From positions 6,518-70,517 of the IMG/VR virus record IMGVR_UViG_2713897050_000002: a stretch of DNA of 64,000 nt. One strand, written 5' to 3'. A program made the translations under genes and the position numbers. How positions within the stretch are numbered: position 1 is the stretch's first letter; each line of letters begins with the position of its first letter. Shown here piece after piece: positions 59,745 through 64,000 of this stretch. Under the pieces are notes generated by a model that saw nothing but the letters and a program-made list of their open reading frames with translations, ran no database searches and had not been told where the DNA came from. This DNA comes from a virus (lineage: Duplodnaviria; Caudoviricetes).

Positions 59745-60269
59745 TCAGGCAGCAACCCCCTCATACACATTCAAAGGGACACCCGAATGCGTAAACTTCG
59801 CCCGCACCTTCCCCGCTACCCGCACACGGCCAGCCGCAACAGCCTGCGACATCAACGACGCAGCCAACGACGGCTCAAATAAGCACGGCAATGCATCAGC
59901 AACAAACTGATCCCCCGAATCAATCAGACGATCCAACACGGCCTGCGCTTTAGCTTCATACTGCGACGGTCGATAGATGCCAGCTCGTTTAGCGCGGGCC
60001 ACCAAATGACGCTGCGACACACCCAACCGTTCAGCCATCACTTCATGCGACATTCCCTGCCCGCGGAAAAACTCGTATTCAAGAACGAAACATGCAGAAT
60101 TGAACACGTTGTGTTTCAGCGCCGCGGCATCCAAGTCTTCGGCGCTGTGATAGAAGACCTTCCCAACTTTGATGCGTTCGAGGTCGCCGGCATCGACCCA
60201 TCGCTTGAGTTCGCGCCGCGAAACCCCCGCGTATTCGGCGGCTTCGTCGTAAGTGAGGTATTCGCTCAT
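59745..60269 (-). CDS. HTH DNA-binding protein
   Basis: YLTYDEAAEYAGVSRRELKRW and a second HTH MAERLGVS. Confidence 0.75.
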   Translation of the reverse strand: MSEYLTYDEAAEYAGVSRRELKRWVDAGDLERIKVGKVFYHSAEDLDAAALKHNVFNSACFVLEYEFFRGQGMSHEVMAERLGVSQRHLVARAKRAGIYRPSQYEAKAQAVLDRLIDSGDQFVADALPCLFEPSLAASLMSQAVAAGRVRVAGKVRAKFTHSGVPLNVYEGVAA

Positions 60270-60441
60270 CGGATGTTGACACCCATCTTGCGGGACACCA
60301 TCTCCGACAACCAGCCCGGACCATGCAGGATCGCGTCCAAGTCGTTGGGGTTGCCGCACAAGATGTCATCAGGCACTACTTCTTCCCAGCCGTTGGCGTG
60401 CAACAGTTTGTCTGCCGCAATCTCCAACCGTGTACGCGCCA

Positions 60442-61047
60442 TCAGACGGCCACGTTCAAGACGCGCTCAAGCTCGTTGACACCCTCAGGTGTTATGCGAA
60501 CTACAGCGTCACGTGACGGATTGGCAGGCTCAGTCTCTACCAGGTAGTCGCCAGCAATCCCCCGTGGCGTACCGAATGCGTCGGTCCAGCAGATGCCGGT
60601 GTTCAGGAACTTTTTGAGCTTGTTCTGCCCGGTGTCGATGCCTTGGCGGCTGAGGATTGCGGCGGCTTCTGCGAGCGAGTAGGTGGCGGGTTCTTCGGCG
60701 GTGTTGGAGAAGTCGGGGGCAGGCTCGGCGATCGTGTACGGAACCGGCTGGTCCTCCTGCGCGAGCATGTCCTTTTCCCAGTCCGCGAGCGGCCCATCCT
60801 CGTCTTCAAGATGCAAATCCACACTTACGACCCGGCCTGCAGCAACGTCCTCCAGTCCCCGTTTGATCGACTGCTCGGACAGCCACGACAGCGCGTTTTC
60901 AGTGTTGTGAGCGTCCTTCGCCAACTGCTCGAAAGCATCCTCATAATCACGCAACTGGCCTTCAAGCTCATCAACTTTGTTGACCAGCGTCACCATTGCT
61001 TTGACGGTGGAAATGTAATGCTCGGTGGGCACTGTACTATCAGACAT
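60442..61047 (-). CDS. Antirepressor-like protein (KilAC-type C-domain)
   Basis: SLAEAAAILS..IDTGQNKLKKFL...VRITPEG. Confidence 0.7.
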   Translation of the reverse strand: MSDSTVPTEHYISTVKAMVTLVNKVDELEGQLRDYEDAFEQLAKDAHNTENALSWLSEQSIKRGLEDVAAGRVVSVDLHLEDEDGPLADWEKDMLAQEDQPVPYTIAEPAPDFSNTAEEPATYSLAEAAAILSRQGIDTGQNKLKKFLNTGICWTDAFGTPRGIAGDYLVETEPANPSRDAVVRITPEGVNELERVLNVAV

Positions 61048-61632
61048 GTTCGGTTCCTTCTCATTCATGGGAATGTGGGCGGGGCATCGGACAGGCTCGG
61101 CAGATGTTTGCAGCATCTGCCGAGCTTTCAGAAAAACTTGATTGCCAGGGTCAGCAGTATTTCGACTGCGACGATTACGGCGACTGTGGTCATGGGGTTG
61201 ATGCGGCGTTTGGGTCGGCCGGCGTCGACTCTGCGGTTGAATTGGCGTGTGAGCTGCATGAACTCGTGATCTACCTGCGCTGCATTCACAACATCGCCTC
61301 CTTGTTGAGGGTATGAAGATGGGGTTGATTGCGTGTCTTGGCTGAATTTGATTCCACCGCCACCCGCACGGACCAAGACCACCAAAAATGTGTCGACGCC
61401 CTTACCTCACCGAAGTGGTGTAGGGCATAAGCCCCGTATCTCGCGTCGAACCGTGCACCCTGCCAACCGCAAAACGCTGCACCCTCCACACTCCCTCGGG
61501 ACAAGTCACCTGGAGTTACAGAAAGACGCGACACGTTCGCACTGTCGGCACCGCACGCACTGTGGAATTCTCAATTTGCATTGGCACACGGCACACTTTC
61601 TGCCGTCGCCGAATAGACCGAATAATTCGGCC

Positions 61633-61661
61633 TAGACAAAAACTGTGTATTGCTACATACT
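61633..61661 (+). promoter_or_regulatory. Rightward sigma70-like promoter, antisense to xis/cro
   Basis: TAGACA-N17-CATACT. Confidence 0.45.
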
Positions 61662-61677
61662 CAGAGTGAGTGCAGCG

Positions 61678-61719
61678 CGTCCCGCACAGGAATCGAACCT
61701 GCATGCGTCCAACCGGGAC
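61678..61719 (-). ncRNA. tRNA-like minihelix (acceptor stem plus T arm only)
   Basis: GTCCCG/CGGGAC stem with GCAGG-TTCGATT-CCTGT T arm; 10-nt linker replaces the D and anticodon arms. Confidence 0.5.
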
Positions 61720-61728
61720 TCCGAACAA

Positions 61729-61899
61729 CTACATACCGCGAACCCACCGAGACAACGCCTCAGCCTCGATCAGCCAACGACCCTTCGGCTTCCTCCTCTG
61801 AATCCCCGGCAACTCGCCAGTCAGCAAAGCCTCATAGATGAAATGCCGCGAACACCTGGCCTCCACCGCAGCCTCAGCCGGCGTCAACAACCCGCTCAC
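61729..61899 (-). CDS. xis: Excisionase-like HTH protein
   Basis: LLTPAEAA..CSRHFIYEAL..GEL..RWLI; GTGA overlap with cro. Confidence 0.75.
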   Translation of the reverse strand: MSGLLTPAEAAVEARCSRHFIYEALLTGELPGIQRRKPKGRWLIEAEALSRWVRGM

Positions 61900-62111
61900 G
61901 ACGCCACCCTGAACCAGCGCGAAAAATCTTTGCGAGTAGCCGCAACCACACCCGCCATAAACGTTGACGACGGGCATCGCTTCCCGCCCTCAATCAACCG
62001 CAACGTTTCCCGGCTAACCCCCAGCCGTCCCGCCAACTCTTCGTCATTGCGGGCCTTGATGATCTTGCGCACCTCGTTGAGTGCGCCTGCCCGCATCTGA
62101 ACGACTGGCAT
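61896..62111 (-). CDS. Cro-like XRE HTH protein
   Basis: EELAGRLGVSRETLRLIEGGKRCPS; AGGAGG RBS; divergent from the repressor. Confidence 0.8.
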   Translation of the reverse strand: MPVVQMRAGALNEVRKIIKARNDEELAGRLGVSRETLRLIEGGKRCPSSTFMAGVVAATRKDFSRWFRVAS

Positions 62112-62158
62112 GATGTGTCCTCCTGAATCAAATTTCACTGGTGTAATGCGTCCTGCCG

Positions 62159-62287
62159 ATGTGTTGAAGACTGCCACAAGAATGTGGACGATCGCAACAG
62201 AATTGCCGAAAAAGTCTGGCGGTTTGTTCAAAGAGCCAGCTCACAGCTGTTGAGATTGCCAACAAAACAAGGCATACTTCAACACAT
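62159..62287. promoter_or_regulatory. Divergent immunity promoters / operators
   Basis: Rightward TTGAGA-N17-CATACT; leftward TTGCGA-N18-CAGTCT; shared GGCAnnCTTCAACACAT. Confidence 0.7.
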
Positions 62288-62633
62288 GAACGACAAGGCC
62301 CTCACCATGAACTGGCTGAATCACGTCATCGGCAACGACTCCAACAGGGCGGTGGCCGACAAGGCGGGCATCGAACAGTCCAGCCTCCTCAACCGCCGCA
62401 AGCGGGAGAGCATCACCGCTGAAGATGTCATCGCCATTGCGCGTGCATACGGTGTCCCCGTCATCCGGGCGCTTGTCGATACAGGATTTCTGTACCCGAA
62501 GGAAGCTCTCGTCTCGAACATGCGTTCGAATCTAGCTGATGCCTCCGACGCAAACTTAGCGAACGAAATCCTCCGAAGGTTGCAAAACGGACAAGCCAGT
62601 TCGACGCTGACGGACTCGCCCGAAAACTTGTGA
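62286..62633 (+). CDS. Immunity repressor
   Basis: NRAVADKAGIEQSSL HTH; VIAIARAYG..ALVDTGFL..SDANLANEILRRL; between cro and int. Confidence 0.82.
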   Translation: MNDKALTMNWLNHVIGNDSNRAVADKAGIEQSSLLNRRKRESITAEDVIAIARAYGVPVIRALVDTGFLYPKEALVSNMRSNLADASDANLANEILRRLQNGQASSTLTDSPENL

Positions 62634-62719
62634 TCGATTGCGGCGTAGCGGATTTGCTCCATCCCGGCTACGCCACGCCGCGCCACCAGCATCGGGACGT
62701 TTAGGCGTACTAAACAGAC

Positions 62720-62756
62720 CGCGCGGTTACAGACCTCGCCAACCTGTAACCGCGCC
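62720..62756 (+). terminator. Hairpin between repressor and integrase
   Basis: GCGCGGTTACAG...CTGTAACCGCGC 12-bp stem. Confidence 0.55.
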
Positions 62757-62806
62757 CCTAGAACAAACCTCAAGTCTTCATTCACGCGAACGACAGGCAC
62801 CCCCAC

Positions 62807-64000
62807 ATGGCAACAATCGAGCCCTACCAAACAGCGGCCGGCACCCGATACGCAGTCCGCTACCGAAAACCAGACGGCAAAACCACCAAGAAACGCGGCT
62901 TCACCACCAAAAAAGCGGCCACCGCCTACGGCAACACCATCGAAGTCAACAAGCTGACAGGCGACTACATCGACCCGTCGACCGGGCGCGTCACCATCGG
63001 GGCGCTCGCGGAACGTTGGCTGAGCAACCGCAGTGGGCTCACACCGTCCACCGTCGTCAACACCGAATCCGCCTACAACGCCCACGTTTCCGAACACTGG
63101 GCACACAGGGCAGCCGGCGAGATCAAACCGTCCGACGTACGCGCATGGGTATCCAGCCTCGAAAAAGCAGGCATCGGCACCGCCACCATCGAAAAAGCAT
63201 TAGGCGTACTCCGCCAAATCCTGGAAGCCGCCGACGAAGACAACATCATCGCCAACAACCCATGCGACCGCATCAAAGCGCCCAGGAGACGCCACAACCA
63301 ACGCGGGTACCTGACACACCAACAAGTGCATGAACTGTCCGCAGAAGTCGCCACACACCCCCAAGTGATCCTCTTCCTCGCCTACACCGGATTGCGCTGG
63401 GGCGAAATGGCTGCCCTCAAAGTTCGCTCATTCGACATGCTGCGCCGCCGCATCCACATCACAGAAGCGCTCTCCGAAGTCCACGGAGCCATCGTCTGGG
63501 GCAACGTCAAAAACCATGAACGCCGCACAGTCCCCTACCCCGCATTCCTGGCCGACCAGCTCGCGCCACTTATGGCAGGGAAGAGTCGAGACGACATCGT
63601 GTTCACCGGGGAACTTGGGGAGATACTTCGTGTCTCTAACTACCGACCCCGCATCTACAACCTCGCCGTCGCCCGATGCAAAGGGCGCTCCATCCGCCAA
63701 CGACAGATCGAAGGGAAACGTGGCGCTGCGGTCACGCCCGAGTTTCCGACCGTCACAGTCCACGACCTCCGCCACACCGCAGCGTCCCTCGCCATCAGTG
63801 CAGGAGCCAACGTCAAAGCCGTCCAAACGATGCTCGGCCACAAGTCCGCAGCCATGACCCTCGACACCTACGCCGACCTCTTCCCAGACGATTTGGAAGC
63901 TGTCGCAGCAGCCCTCGACCAAGCCGCCCGAGATTCTGTGCCCAAAATGTGTCCAAACAAAAAAAGTGCCCCACCCCGCCGAAGCGGAAATGGGGCCTGA
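62807..64000 (+). CDS. int: Tyrosine integrase
   Basis: N-terminal arm-binding RYAVRYRKPDGK; YTGLRWGE, HDLRHT, LGH, TLDTY catalytic residues. Confidence 0.97.
   Translation: MATIEPYQTAAGTRYAVRYRKPDGKTTKKRGFTTKKAATAYGNTIEVNKLTGDYIDPSTGRVTIGALAERWLSNRSGLTPSTVVNTESAYNAHVSEHWAHRAAGEIKPSDVRAWVSSLEKAGIGTATIEKALGVLRQILEAADEDNIIANNPCDRIKAPRRRHNQRGYLTHQQVHELSAEVATHPQVILFLAYTGLRWGEMAALKVRSFDMLRRRIHITEALSEVHGAIVWGNVKNHERRTVPYPAFLADQLAPLMAGKSRDDIVFTGELGEILRVSNYRPRIYNLAVARCKGRSIRQRQIEGKRGAAVTPEFPTVTVHDLRHTAASLAISAGANVKAVQTMLGHKSAAMTLDTYADLFPDDLEAVAAALDQAARDSVPKMCPNKKSAPPRRSGNGA

Larger units (their letters stand above)
1..64000. mobile_element. Temperate siphovirus / prophage of a mycolic-acid actinobacterium (Rhodococcus/Gordonia-like)
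   Basis: Integrase-repressor-Cro, replication, packaging, head, tail and lysis modules in order; lysin B and actinobacterial-type DnaN; gene order opens at the integrase, as expected for an integrated prophage. Confidence 0.95.

Noticed and set aside
60079-60369. Cys-containing ORF as a WhiB regulator
   Set aside because: Out-of-frame overlap; the coupled real ORF is 60266..60442 and there is no WhiB Cys/GxWGG pattern
62286-64000. Integration-dependent immunity (attP inside the repressor gene)
   Set aside because: The integrase has an N-terminal arm-binding domain, the repressor ends SPENL with no ssrA-like tag, and arm-like repeats lie at the int 3' end

Overview
The whole window is one temperate actinobacteriophage genome of siphovirus type, most likely a Rhodococcus/Gordonia-type prophage. 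Nearly all genes are on the minus strand. From right to left it carries: tyrosine integrase and immunity repressor (plus strand); Cro and excisionase; early recombination and nucleotide genes (PD-(D/E)XK exonuclease, ERF, ThyX with an HNH-containing intein); replication genes (initiator, DnaB, SSB, DnaN, RuvC-like); an RNA ligase; a structured tRNA cluster; NrdH; a displaced lysin B; a metallophosphoesterase; HNH genes; terminase, portal, head and tail genes; a split lysin A lysis cassette embedded among minor tail genes; and a tail gene cut by the left edge. The most unusual observation is that the major capsid gene has no ATG/GTG/TTG at its natural start (ACG sits behind the RBS), and the tape measure gene has ATC at its expected Met. 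The same late operon encodes two small paralogues resembling the IF2 N-terminal domain. This may point to phage control of translation initiation, or to start-codon decay in a domesticated prophage. Other oddities are a tRNA-like minihelix, a degenerate or chimeric tRNA-Trp, a short-arm tRNA-Leu, mirror-image divergent immunity promoters, and repeat-bounded mini-gene cassettes. All calls come from reading the sequence by eye; no searches were run.
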